From Antedon mediterranea (lineage: Eukaryota; Animalia; Echinodermata), in the NCBI RefSeq assembly GCF_964355755.1, contig NC_092672.1, forward strand, positions 30,944,437 through 31,008,436: a stretch of 64,000 bases of DNA. Direction: 5' to 3'. The translations under genes and the position numbers were made by a program. Under the pieces are notes generated by a model, which had not been told where the DNA came from, searched no databases, and was given only the letters and a program-made list of their open reading frames with translations. Below, in pieces: positions 25,138 to 38,187 of this stretch. Each line of letters starts with the position of its first letter. The first letter of the stretch is position 1.

Positions 25138-25572
25138 ATCCAAATCCTCGTTTCTCTCTAAAGACCCATTTACACTAGGAAGATAACGATCGATGATAAA
25201 TAGACAAATATGCATTTTTCATACATAAAACAAAAGAAATATAAACACTTTCTTCCTAGAATTATAGAATAATCATCTATGCTTCCTTAATTATATTTCC
25301 ACACGTCCAATCAAATGACGTCATGATTAGTAAGAGAAATAATATCGTGAAAATACGACTTTATTGTTTTTATTTATCATGACGTCATTTGATTAGAATG
25401 TTCAAAATATTATTTTTATCAAAGACAGCATAAATGATTATCCTATAATTCTAGACCAAAAACATTTCTAATTTCTTTTGTTTTATGTTTAAAAAAATGC
25501 ATGTTTATATATTTATCGTCGATCTAATCGTCCAACTTGTAAATGAGCCTTAAGAAAGATTCGCATTGGATA
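25138..25572. repeat. ~430-bp imperfect palindrome (foldback/MITE-like)
   Basis: Arms pair around ~25352, for example CTAGAATTATAGAATAATCAT / ATGATTATCCTATAATTCTAG and AATCAAATGACGTCATGAT / ATCATGACGTCATTTGATT. Confidence 0.8.
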
Positions 25573-25849
25573 TGAAAGGAGCAACACAATGGATGATATT
25601 TCAATTCATGTTAAAGTTTAATTAATGATTGGAATATGTATGTCTAATTTAAATGTAGGCATCTGCACAGATGCAAAATACAAACTGTAAGTGGTCTCTG
25701 TCTCGATTGCTATTCATCGGAAGGGACCACTTAAATAGTATTCTATATAAAAGATCATAAGTTAAGATATAACATACTTTTTTTTTAATTTAGAGAATAG
25801 CATTTTCAATCACTGTAACATCGTTTGTTTGGCGAGTTCTACACGTCTA

Positions 25850-26175
25850 AACAAATTTTAGCATAATTGCAATTGAAAATCATTAAACAATGATTAAATA
25901 TACCCAAACAAAATCAAATCAATTGTAAAAGTTATTTTTTAAAGGAAATACTAATTTTGTTTGGAGATATTTCGCAATGCTTTTCTGTTAATACAATTAT
26001 TATTCTTACAAAGTATTTAATTTATATATGTAGAATTGGTAAAACTGTGCCAAGTATCAAGGCTTTAAATATTTGTTTAAGAAATTATTTAACGATTTTA
26101 AGGTATATTGCAAGGCAAAATGGAGAATCAAATGATTTTGAGAAACAATGGTTAGACTTTATTAATTTATTGTAA
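25850..26175 (+). mobile_element. Degraded Tx1/L1-group LINE ORF2 C-terminal fragment
   Basis: ILFG...NTIIILTKYLIYICR...FEKQW resembles the N.IIL..K.FIY..R...F.KKW end of Tx1-type ORF2, followed by a T-rich 3' UTR. Confidence 0.55.
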
Positions 26176-26359
26176 TGTTAATCTTTTTTACTGCTTGTTT
26201 TAGACACGTCTTTTTGTTTTTTCTTTCTTTTTTTTTCCTTATGTGTTTCTATGTATGAAATATGTCCAGTTTGGTTAATTATTGTAGTATCGTAACACTT
26301 ATCACAAATACATAATTAAACTGTTGTCTACCGTTCTTCTGTTATTTTGTATTTTCTTA

Positions 26360-26762
26360 TGTACTAATAATATCCAGCAAGAATTGCTATATAAAAATCT
26401 GTTTACACTATACGCTCTTAATCAAATCTTGATCAATAACTGTAACATTTATCTCAAATACAAATGTAGTGGCGGGCATTTATACTGATGTTTACTCTTC
26501 CTTGTATTGTTTTTGTACTAATATTCAGCCAGAATTTCCATATAAGGGAATATGTTTACATTGCCGGCACGTTTAATCAAATCTTGATCAATAACTGTAA
26601 CATTTATCTCAAATACAAATTAGTGGCGGGCGTACCTTTTGTATTATTATTCTTGTATTTGTGTTTTGTATTTTCTTTGCACTATTATCCAACTATAATT
26701 TCCATTTAAGAGATTAAATCTGTTTACATTACAGTACACATTTAATCAAATCTTGATTAATA
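26360..26762. repeat. Imperfect ~160-bp tandem triplication
   Basis: TTAATCAAATCTTGAT recurs at ~26418, 26573 and 26742, with a shared TGTTTACA upstream of each. Confidence 0.65.
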
Positions 26763-27325
26763 AAGACATCAGTTCTCGTACGATAAAGCTAACAGATTAT
26801 TTTGTTTGCTTTTCAGCAAATATCGATTTTTTTTAGCAGCATAGCTCTTCAATATTACAGAACGATTTATAAAGAAATTAATTGAATAGCCGTAATAAAA
26901 AGAGTATTCAGGGAATAATTTATTTACTATTTTAACTTTAAATTCCTGTCAACTCCCTCACACTCTGGTTTTAGCTCTCTTGGAGAATTTTGTGCGTGCG
27001 TATTATAAAGATCTATTGTCCCCTGGAAAAAATAATTTTTACAATTTTGTTATTAAATATGCTATTTTAATGTCACATAATAGTTATTCACTTTGACCAA
27101 AAATCAATGGTTTGTTTTTTTATTGAATTTAACCGTTTATTTTGTCTTTTTATAAGTGAAACACTATTTTTGGCCTATTTAAGTCTTTTATTATTATCAT
27201 TTTTTATGTTTTTACGTGTTTAACTTTAAATTATTTAAATCTTCACCGAAATAAGTGAGTAAGTAGCCTAAGTATTAAGAATAATACTCACCATAATAAC
27301 AATAAAATCAAACTAATTTCTCCAT

Positions 27326-28245
27326 TAAGCTCTACACTATCAAACTTTATGTGACAAAAATGTGTGATATGCCCAACTATGGTAGTGATATGCCCAACTA
27401 TGGTAGTGATATGCCCAACTATGGTAGTGATATGCCCAACTATGGTAGTGATATGCCCAACTATGGTAGTGATATGCCCAACTATGGTAGTGATATGCCC
27501 AACTATGGTAGTGATATGCCCAACTATGGTAGTGATATGCCCAAATATGGTAGTGATATGCCCAAGACAAAAATGTATGATGTACCCAACTATGGTAGTG
27601 ATATGCCCAAATATGGTAGTGATATGCCCAAGACAAAAATGTATGATGTACCCAACTATGGTAGTGATATGCCCAAATATGGTAGTGATATGCTCAAGAC
27701 AAAAATGTATGATGTACCCAACTATGGTAGTGATATGCCCAACTATGGTAGTGATATGCCCAACTATGGTAGTGATATGCCCAAATATGGTAGTGATATG
27801 CTCAAGACAAAAATGTATGATGTACCCAACTATGGTAGTGATATGCCCAAATATGGTAGTGATATGCTCAAGACAAAAATGTATGATGTACCCAACTATG
27901 GTAGTGATATGCCCAAATATGGTAGTGATATGCCCAAGACAAAAATGTATGATGTACCCAACTATGGTAGTGATATGCCCAAATATGGTAGTGATATGCC
28001 CAAGACAAAAATGTATGATGTACCCAACTATGGTAGTGATATGCCCAAATATGGTAGTGATATGCCCAAGACAAAAATGTATGATGTACCCAACTATGGT
28101 AGTGATATGCCCAAATATGGTAGTGATATGCCCAAGACAAAAATGTGTGATGTACCCAACTATGGTAGTGATATGCCCAAATAATAATGGTAGTGATATT
28201 ACGGTTGGCTGTCACATAAAGTTTGATAGTGTAGACAGAGTTTAA
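27326..28245. mobile_element. MITE family B copy with an internally expanded 21-bp/66-bp minisatellite
   Basis: Termini TCTACACTATCAAACTTTATGTGACA / TGTCACATAAAGTTTGATAGTGTAGA enclose ~830 bp of AACTATGGTAGTGATATGCCC units. Confidence 0.92.
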
Positions 28246-28725
28246 TGTCTATATCTATGTCTGCTCAGTGGGGACGGTTGGTTTTGGATTGATTTGATGT
28301 TTCTTACAGTTTATTAACTACTTCGAAGTGATATATTGTTTGAAGGTTTGCAAGGTGAAATCAAATGACCATCCTCACTCAGGAGTGAGGACGATCAAAG
28401 CATATTGATCGAAACGTCGAGAAATTCAACAGTTCACAACTAACATACGTGGTTTACCGCAAACTTATATCAACATACTTCGAAGTGTTTTTGTATTGTT
28501 TATTTTTTGGTCTAGTGGAAGTAATTATGTTGTTTGTGGACTTTTTAACTCTTTTATTGATTGTGATCTGACCTTTTTCTTTCATCATGTTATACATTTT
28601 AACTTTTTATTATATGCCTACTAACTTAAACATTTTAGAATTCTGAGGAGTTTTATATTTTATATTAGATGTTGTAATTTGTACTTATATCGTAAGATGT
28701 TGTAACCATCTCCTTCTTTTGCTAA

Positions 28726-29050
28726 AGATGCATTGTCCCCCTGAAAAAATAATTATTAAAAACTTTTTTGTTGAATATGCCATTTCAATGTCCACTTTGA
28801 CCAAAACTTGGGTCAGAAAAAAATAAATGTATTTACTCAAAAAACTGTAATTTAAATTAAAAAATAGTCAAATTGGCTGCCAGCCAATGGGTTTTGGTTG
28901 AATTTAACCATTTATTTTGTCATTTTATAAGTGAAAACATTTTTTTCCATTTTTTTCTACGGAAGTGATTAACTTTATTAAAACTACAAAATAATCTATT
29001 CAAAGTCTGGTTTTATTAATCTTTTCATGTTTTGGGGGGACAATACATCC
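28726..29050. mobile_element. MITE family C copy
   Basis: CTAA|AGATGCATTGTCCCCC ... GGGGGACAATACATCC|TTAA. Confidence 0.8.
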
Positions 29051-29859
29051 TTAATTGCCTCATGAGGGATGAATAAAGATATGTACTAATAATACTGATG
29101 CATTAACATGTCTGAGAGATAGTAGGCCTATCGTACTTTATTGTAGATGTGCAAGTATACAGTAAATACAAATATGAATGAATATTTTTCCAATAAAATT
29201 ATATTGAAATTATGTTCCAAAGAAATGATTTACTTTACTACTCTACTTTCTTACTTATTTTAAATGCATTATTTTATCAATATATTAATCGATCAGTCAA
29301 TATTTCATCATCATTATTATAGCGGCGGTATCCATAATGCAACGCTTAGAGGCGTTTGACAAAGTTAGACAAAGGAAATGCTTCTGTGTAAAAGTGAGTT
29401 TTCAAAGGTTTTTTTTAAGATATTGACGTTTTCTGAAGTCTATACGTCTACTGATGAAGTATTCTACAAAATGGGAATCAAAACGTACTTTCAACTTTTA
29501 ACTTTATTTTCCGAATTGCATAAAGTGATGTTATAAAAGAATACACATTTAATTTAGTGGAGAGAAAAAAAGAGCAAGGTTTGATAGTATGGCCACCCTT
29601 ATGAAAAAATAACTATAACAATAAAAACACGACAATGACAGGACAATAAATAATACAATAAGACAAGATTACACACACAAAGCAAAATATTGGCTAATAT
29701 AAAAGAAAAAACACTATACAGAAATGTATCATGGAACCAGGATTGAATATTTTATACTTCTCCCAAATTGTTAATGTTAGACAGATGTTAGGCCTACTAC
29801 TACAGACACAATCTAGCAACACCCAATATCCCACTCCTTCTACGTCACTGTCGATGAAA

Positions 29860-30104
29860 ACACTCATTTGATTGGTACATGCGGTTAATCGGCAAATTAT
29901 CTGCAAAGTGTCAGGTCAAACGAACGCGTTTCCTTTTTAGTTGTCTTACTAATATAGTGACGTAATTAACTAAAGCATTGCTATTGGTTAAAGTTGCTGA
30001 GCCAATCAAAGTACACTACCGAGTTTCTTTTTGATAACTAAGAAAAGTTTCATCTATTCATAACTGTACAAAATTCCATGAAGGTACATGCAAAATATTA
30101 CTAG
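29860..30104 (+). promoter_or_regulatory. Putative promoter and non-coding first exon of the LRR-Ig gene
   Basis: Three CCAAT boxes (ATTGG at ~29871 and ~29983, AGCCAATCA at ~30000) and a CRE-like GTGACGT at ~29957. Donor TAG|GTAAGT at 30104/30105 pairs with acceptor TTTACTACAG| at 30520. Confidence 0.55.
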
Positions 30105-30523
30105 GTAAGTATTGAGTATATTTCATTCTATAGATTTAGTTATTTTGTTTATATTTTAATCCGACCATTATGGTTTTTGTAAAAATATTATGAAGTTACG
30201 TCAAGAAAGAGGGAACCACTTAATAGGCCTATGACAGTCATGTGGAATTGTCTGGATTAGAATTGTCCTAATATTAGGATAAATATAGCATGAAGTAATT
30301 TTAGCTTATATCCATATTTATTTTAAACAATCTCAAACAAAATAATAACTTCGATAATTGTTTTAAAATAAATAAATCTATTTCTTATTAGAGATTTTAA
30401 GATTCCACTCGCAATTAGGACACATATGCCTACCATTATTTATGCGGTATATCGTAAACAATAAGTTAGTTTAAGTTTCTAAAGACTTTAATGTTATCAT
30501 TTTGTTTTTATTTACTACAGAAG

Positions 30524-32461
30524 ATGGTGAAAATGTTGGCACAGAAAACATTAGCAATTTGTTTCATAATAGTCTTCAATGTAAGTGTGACGTCAGCAAC
30601 ATGCAAAGCAAGTTGCTCTGTTGTAAATCAAAAAGAAAGAGTTGTAAAATGTTCAGGACGGCAGATTACGTGCATCCCTACAGTGCACCCACAAACGCGA
30701 GAACTTGTTCTTGAGAACAACTTAATAACGAAAATCACGAGGAATTCGTTCAGCCATTTACCGAATCTTGAAAAACTCGTTCTTAATAATAATCACATTT
30801 CGTCTATAGAACCGGGAGCGTTTAATGATCTCCAACGATTGGAGGGACTATATCTACGGCAGAACAAATTGAAGACGATTGAAGTTGGGGCATTGGCTGG
30901 TATGCCGAAACTTAAGATTCTGGATCTTGCGCATAATGATATCGACGAAATTGAGGTCGGTGCTCTAAAACCAATGAAGTCGTTAGTACATCTTTATCTC
31001 AGTGCAAATAGGCTGAGATCAATATCGGATAATATTCTCTCTGGTTTAGAAAACGTACAACTTATTTCATTTCTATCTAACAATATATCTTCGATAACAG
31101 ACAATGCGTTTCTTGGACTTCTCCGCTTGCAGACAATATACTTTGGCAATAATAAACTAAACACGATTCCTAACATTTTAGAGAATGTGCGATCGTTGGT
31201 TTCAATCGGTCTTGAAAACAATCCGTTAACATGTGACTGCCAGCTGGAATATCTACGCGGTTGGTTACGTGCACGTATGACGGCACGACGTATATTGACA
31301 ACGTCACCAGTTAGATGTGCTTCCCCAGCTTTGCTCAAAGGCGAAGATCTTCGAACGATAACGTTCAGGTTAAAGTGTGTAAAACCAAACATCACCACGA
31401 CTGATACAAATATTTTAGCGAAAGTACAAAACAATGTAGTGATTAAATGTGAGGCAACAGGTTCTCCTGTTCCTTCAATTTCGTGGGTGCTTCCGTCAAG
31501 AGTTAGCGATACGCAGGTTAAAAGTCTACCAGATGGTCGTCTGCTATTGAATGCTGCGCAGATGACACACACTGGAGAGTACGTTTGCGTAGCAAAGAGT
31601 ATCGCCGGTGAAGTTAAAAAATACTTCAAACTTGATGTTCTATGCGATTGTAATTCTTGTCCGAACAGTGTTCATCCTTTACCAGGAATCGTAAACACAA
31701 ATCCAGAGATCATAATAGGCCAAGATGGCGACCGCAATATTGATCCATGCGCCACAGACTACTCGATGGTGCACGTTTCATTGGCGGGTGTCTTCATCAC
31801 TATAGCCATCACGTTCGTTCTAACGTTTTTACTGACTGCAGTTTTTCTAACATGTTGGTTTAGAAAACACAGTCGACCTGTACGTAAGCATACGAACTTG
31901 AACAATACTGCGAGTTGCTCGTCTGCCTGTTCGTCTGCGGGCTCGTCATCGACTAGGACTTCCTCTGAACGGCGCCTTCTTCCATTACCGCAAGAGAAAA
32001 ACGATGGGATGGGTTTTCCATGTATTGCTCGATATTACACACCGCCAGATCGTGCAAGGACGGCTGACCCACGTTCGAGATATAGGCATAGAAAGTTAGT
32101 AGCCTCTATAAGTGACAATACGTATAGCAGTATGTATTCCTCTATGTGTATAGGCCAAGATGAATATGCATATGTTCACAATCGGGTTAATGATGATTAT
32201 GATTATCGGGATCTGGGACATATTTATGCAGGACCGAATGAAGTTGTGAGAACTAATACACACGGACAATGGAACACACTTCCAATGTATATGAATAGAG
32301 AGGGAGAGAATGGCCATCCCGGGGTTGTTGGTGTCAGCTCTGTCAGGGGTAGAGGTACTGGAGGTCTTATTTGTGGTAGTGAAATGGACGACTACGCATG
32401 CTTAGAAATGATGAACCAGGAATTGCAAAGTAAACGTCACAATCAACTGAATAAACTTTAG
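30524..32461 (+). CDS. Type I membrane LRR + Ig (LIG-family-like; LRRC4/LRFN/LRIT/LRRC24-type architecture) receptor, single coding exon, ~645 aa
   Basis: Signal peptide, LRRNT (C...CSV...VKCS), ~8 LRRs, LRRCT (NPLTCDC...C.SP..LKG), I-set Ig (KCEATGSPVPSISW...TGEYVCVA), TM helix (LAGVFITIAITFVLTFLLTAVFL) and a Tyr-rich tail. The ORF-track start at 30491 lies in the intron polypyrimidine tract; the real start is 30524 or 30533. Confidence 0.93.
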   Translation: MVKMLAQKTLAICFIIVFNVSVTSATCKASCSVVNQKERVVKCSGRQITCIPTVHPQTRELVLENNLITKITRNSFSHLPNLEKLVLNNNHISSIEPGAFNDLQRLEGLYLRQNKLKTIEVGALAGMPKLKILDLAHNDIDEIEVGALKPMKSLVHLYLSANRLRSISDNILSGLENVQLISFLSNNISSITDNAFLGLLRLQTIYFGNNKLNTIPNILENVRSLVSIGLENNPLTCDCQLEYLRGWLRARMTARRILTTSPVRCASPALLKGEDLRTITFRLKCVKPNITTTDTNILAKVQNNVVIKCEATGSPVPSISWVLPSRVSDTQVKSLPDGRLLLNAAQMTHTGEYVCVAKSIAGEVKKYFKLDVLCDCNSCPNSVHPLPGIVNTNPEIIIGQDGDRNIDPCATDYSMVHVSLAGVFITIAITFVLTFLLTAVFLTCWFRKHSRPVRKHTNLNNTASCSSACSSAGSSSTRTSSERRLLPLPQEKNDGMGFPCIARYYTPPDRARTADPRSRYRHRKLVASISDNTYSSMYSSMCIGQDEYAYVHNRVNDDYDYRDLGHIYAGPNEVVRTNTHGQWNTLPMYMNREGENGHPGVVGVSSVRGRGTGGLICGSEMDDYACLEMMNQELQSKRHNQLNKL

Positions 32462-33075
32462 TATACTATATATAATTATGGTAAAAAAGAAGTCCGATGG
32501 CCTGGCAAATATCCAGGGAGCTCAAACGTACGAAATGGAGACGCCGAATATGCTGTTTTTAAAACTATGTATCTGAGAATTACTTGCGAATTTGTTCGCT
32601 AGTATTCTTAATGTAAAGTACAAATTACGTCATTGTAGGGAAACATCTGACCAATTACTCAACACCATGACGCAAAACTACTCCACATTAATTACAAATA
32701 ATTATAATCCTGTTGAAAACTTTAAACTTTCTATATATTTGTAAAATATTTATCAAACCGACTCTTTACACAATATTTAATAATTAATTTATTATAATTA
32801 GGAGATAATTAGGGACTGTGTCTCTTCACATGTAAATATATTTTGTTTAAATGTTATGTGTATCGCATATTGTGGTTTTTATATTATATTTGCACAAATG
32901 TACAGTCGTTAAAGTAATTTGTAAAAAAAAATAATAATAACAAGTAATGTTCAATTTGTAGAAAGCAATTAATTATATTTTAAATAAAACATTTACAGTA
33001 TAATAAAAATTGTAAACATTTTTTAATATTGTTGTATCAGCTGAAGATGACGAAAGTGAAGATACAGTAATACTT

Positions 33076-33470
33076 ACGGCGACGTATTGGCGGCGATGTT
33101 TTTGTGGCGACGTGTTGGCGGTGATGATTTTACAGCGACGTAATTGGCGGCAATGTTTTTGAAGCGACGTGTTGGCGGCGATATTTTTGCAGCGACGTGT
33201 TGGCGGCGATGTTTTTGCAGCGATGGGTTGGTGACGGTATGCTTGCGGCTATGTGCTTGCGGCGACGTGTTTGTGGCGATGTGTTTGCGGCGACGTGTTG
33301 ACGGCGGTGTTTTTGCAGCGATGGGCTGGTTACGGTGTGTTGGCGGCGGTGTTTTTGAAGAGATGGGTCGGTTACGGTGTGTTGGCGGCTGTGTTTTTGC
33401 AGCGATGGGTTGGTTACGGTGTGCTTGTGGCGATGTGTTTGTGGCGATAAGTTGCCGGCGATATGTTAGC
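33076..33470. repeat. GC-rich degenerate minisatellite (GCGACGTGTTGGCGGCGATGTTTT-like units)
   Basis: The tandem motif is directly visible and explains the overlapping spurious ORFs. Confidence 0.85.
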
Positions 33471-36400
33471 AACCATTAATGAATTATAAAGTTAACAACT
33501 ACACCCCAACTCACGACTGAGCATCATACATAATAACTGATACACAATGATAACGATGTTTAAAAGAGGAGGGTAATTCTACTAGTGGTAAATATGATGA
33601 CGACAATGAATCTGGTCAAATAAAAACAATAAAAGAGAAGTTGACGTTGGTTCGGATGATGAACGGTGACAAGAACAGTAATAAGGAAATAGCCTAATAA
33701 CAAGATACAAGAATACAGTAACTGGAAAAACCATGTTGAATGGTGAAAACGGCAGAAAAAAAAAAGTAGTTAAGGACGAGAAAGGAGGACGACAAATGTG
33801 ATACAGGACGACGAGGAGGACGACGATTACATTAAACTACGGATGGCAATGGTGGATGAAATTAATAAATATTTTGCATTTTGTTTACGGACGATAATGT
33901 CGACGGTAAAAACTATTGATAGTGAATTAGAATGGATGTTTGAACAGTGCGTACGAATGAATAGTTATATAAATAAGATCGATAACGATATTATAATAGA
34001 TCTTTCGCACGAGCACGTAAACGGATGATGTCATCATTCTACTCATTTGCATAACATGACAATTTGTGATCATGATGATGATGATGACGACGATGATAAC
34101 GTTGAACGAAAAATAATTGTTAATGGTGCGTTGTAATTAGTATGCAAACAAAAAAAAGAACAAAAACAAAGTATTCTTTTTGTAAAAAGGCAAATTCTAC
34201 TAAATTTAGGAACAAATTCACATTTATTTCCATCGGAATTCAAAAAATCAATGTACGCTCTTTCTATAAAGGCGTAACCTTACAATAAACAACCTTAACT
34301 ACAGTAAAATACTATACGCGTAAAGATTTAAAACCGTATTAAACCTAAAGATTACTCACTTAGTTGGTTACTAAACTTATTCAACCGTGACGTTGGTACG
34401 AAACTTATGCGACTTACTTCTTGCATCATACTTATTAACATTAAATTCATATTCCACTAATTATTTTTCTAATAGCACCTTGTTTTGCGTAAGTAATTTA
34501 TTTATTACACTAATTATGTCAACCAATAGGTAATACGATTATAGAATAGCACCAATTTATTCATAACGTTTGTGACGTCATTTATCATAATTACATCCAA
34601 GTTTTTTTTTTAAATAAGCCTCGGTTATTTGCACGTGTGCGTTACATATCAATCAACTGTAACAAACACATGTCTATACAGACCGAATGGCGGCTTAAAT
34701 GCTCCCTTAAATAGGCATAAATGGAAAATCGTTTAAGCTTTCACAACGCCGATTGGTATGTACGCGTGCGCAGATATTCGTAATGCTCTATGGATTTTGT
34801 ATTACTATTATTATTTTTTTTTAATCAAAACCAAAACAAATTATAATTATTTTTAAAAAAAATGTTTTACGTAGGCCTACATTTTACCTACAAACATTTA
34901 CAGTCTACTGCTTAATATCTATCTATTATTACTGTCATTTTTAAAGCTAGAATTCATCATTCTGATCAAATATACATCACAAAAAGAAACAAGATTTTTA
35001 TATGTAGAATAACACAAACTTAGATTAATTTTTGCATTTTAAAATCCATTACATTTTTTAAAAAGTCAGACAAGTAAAATAAATTTTAAAAAACACCGGG
35101 AAATGTAATTGTTTCGACAGAAGACACATTGTATGTTAATCTGTAATACATTTTTAAATGCATCGAATGGGTTAAGTTATTTTTAGTCAATGTTAATATC
35201 TAAATTTGAAAGTTACATTAGAAAATGTATTATCTAGCCTATACAGTAAGTCAATACGTTAATAATATAGAAAAACATCATTTTGCTGTGACGTGGAAAA
35301 ACAAAACAAAATGAGAAAATGCAGTACTGTGTACAAACCTCCTATGTTTCCTATGTATATCCTAAAGCTCTGTCTACACTCTCAAACTAGTTTGACAAAA
35401 AGTGTGATTGCCCAAATTTGGCAGTAATATGACATTATCGTGTCCATATTCGGGCACATCACATTTTTTTGTCCCAAAAAGCTTGATACTGCTGCAGACA
35501 AAGCCGAATTTACACAGACAGACGATCGAGCGGTAACAGTACGGTAATTAAAATATAGAATCTAGGCCTACATAAACAAAGCGGAGCGGACGGGTGGTTT
35601 CCGCTTGGGATAGATACAGATTCTACGTGGGATAATCTACGCGGTTTTTTCGCTAAATCTGTATAAATTGGCTTGGTTCCCAATTTGAAAACTTACAAGA
35701 GACAGTTCAAATGATCCGTCGCCCGATATTGGTCAAATTATTCGCAAATAATTTGCGCAGTCGTACCCTTGTAGGAACCCAATTTTGCAACCGTTATATA
35801 TCGAAAATCAAACAAGTGTATTAATAAATATTGTCTGTACATTGGAAAATTAATATTATCTATGTAAATTATTTGTTTAATATAAAAATGTCGCTTACAC
35901 TACTTCAACATTTGTATAGTTATATGCTTATATTACATTAAATGCTGAAACTTCCTTAAATAAAATACACTGGAGAAATTGATAGAGTAAAAATGGTTTT
36001 ACATAGTTTTTTGTGTGTTTTTTTTTTTGTCGAGGAAATCTGGTGAAATTGAAATTTTTTTAGTGACAACTTGTATATTTAGTTTAGAGTACTTTTAAAC
36101 ATTAAATTAAAATTGATCGACAGCAGTGATAATAATTAGTTATCACTTCATTAATATCAATATTTAATGCTAATTTAAATTTTATTACTTTAAAAAAATG
36201 TATTCTTTTACACAAGAGAATATTGTATGTTAGCATATCAGTGATGTATTCAAATATGAAATTAGGGATAATAATATCTACTAAAGTTATAACATATTTC
36301 ACATTTTTAGTAATTAATTCAATCAATCAGATTTATTATGTCAAGAAATTACAAATTTCTTATCTTTTCTTTTTATTTATTTTTTATGAAAACTGTGTTT

Positions 36401-38187
36401 TTATCGACTATTAATTTTTAAAATTTTAATCAACACAAAACTATTATCATGAAATGTAAAATAAATTTTCTATTATGAAATTTAAATGGTTACAAAATTG
36501 TATGTAAATAATATATATATATATATTTTAATGTTTTTATAATCTTATTTTACATCTTTTCAGAATGGGTTTTAATAAAAATAATAGCAATACTAAAAAT
36601 AGTGGTAAATGGAAATTAGATTTTTTTTTTACAAAACTAAAAGACACCGCAAAACAAATTTTAAAATAAGGAAAGTCATAAACGACCAATGGTTTAAATA
36701 AAGATTACTAAACGAGAGATTATGGGTATCTTGTTTGCAAATTCATTCACGGTACATGTCTTCAGAAAAAGAAAGTTGTCTTAACACAAAGAATGGATGA
36801 AAGTCAGGCCGGAGCAACAAGATAAGGCCTTAAGGAATATCAGTATGCGTACCTACGGCCTACTGAAGATTAACTAAACCGAAGAAACCTGTTTTTACAC
36901 AAGATATTGCCTCCAAGTAAACACATGTAGTTGATAAGATCTGCCCGGGTCAATCAAAATACTTGAGGTTCGAGCGCTAGACTACCGAGCCACATACGGT
37001 AAACATTTTTACTGTCACAACACAACTCACCGTTCTTCCATCATCTTATCTACGATCAATTTCCTTCCCGTTTTTAGGCTAAATTAATTGTTCAATTTCC
37101 TAGCATCTATCTATAAACTATTGTTTCCTGTATCGACGACAATAATAATCGGTGATTTCCTAACATGTATTATGTACCTACACGTCAGGTGGGGATGTAA
37201 TGTGCACTGGTGTAATAGAACAAGAGCTAAGGTGTGTAATCACACATGTTGCTGGTTGTGAATATCATGTGTATACTGTACATGCAGCCACAGTATTGTG
37301 TCAAAACCTGCAAAGTGGCCTGTAAAGTTATTTTTCTTATTTGCCAACCAGAAATCTATCCAGGTCTCACATTTTCAGGCCATCAATGTACTGTGGTTTA
37401 ATTGTATTGTTGTTTTATTTCAAATGGTTTTTAAATTCATGTAAAAATGATTCTATTTAGTTACTGCTGTAACTAAGTATTTTACTGCAATAATGTATGA
37501 TTTTAGTTTGTTTTAATGTAGAAGCTTTTGATGAGGAATCTATAATTATATGTATGTGGTTATCCAAAAAAAGCTCTCTAAATAATTGCATAAACAGGTT
37601 AAACTGAAAACAAATTACAGTTACTGCAGTAACTGCAGTAGCAGTAGGTTGATTTTGACTAAAGAGAATACAAATCAAAAGAATAAAGTATAAGAGGCTA
37701 GAAATCAAGTTTTGATTTAACGAACTTATTTTAAAAAACAGTTGATTGTGTAAAAAAAAAATTAAACGAACACATTGTTTTGTGTTCGTTTTTATTATTT
37801 AAATAAAAAAATGAATGCAAGTGTAAACATTGTGTTACAACAAGTGAAGTATGATAGTGATTTGTTTGAGTGCATAATTTCACACTAACATAATAATAAT
37901 CACGGTACGATAACAATAATGTTGATATAGTGTACATTAATGGAGTTGATTACACCAACCTTATAAAAATGATACAATGGTCGTAAATGCATCATATCGC
38001 GCACAAATTGGTTTTGGATTGATTTGTTTAATGTGATACTTTCCTGTATTATGCATCACTTGTTTGCATTGGTACAACGGCTATGAGCGTTCACTGGATA
38101 TTAACCAACAGCTTAGGGGGCCCCCAGTGCATGGGCAGCCCTAATGTAACCGCCCTTAGGAGTGCTACTAAGAGAATTTTTCCCCCT

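Noticed and set aside
27340-28245. 277-aa and 293-aa repetitive ORFs as real genes
   Set aside because: They are by-products of 21-bp and 66-bp units inside a MITE, with no splice or promoter support.
30491-30523. ORF-track start MLSFCFYLLQK
   Set aside because: It overlaps the polypyrimidine tract and acceptor (TTTACTACAG at 30511-30520). The signal peptide starts after it.
33035-33066. CTGAAGA...GAAA hammerhead-like string
   Set aside because: There is no pairable stem II and no cleavage-site helix.
33074-33479. Overlapping 65-132 aa ORFs
   Set aside because: They are translations of a GC-rich minisatellite.
33798-34028. Acidic 76-aa ORF
   Set aside because: GTG start, no recognisable motif or splice context; low-complexity GAC/GAT-rich sequence.
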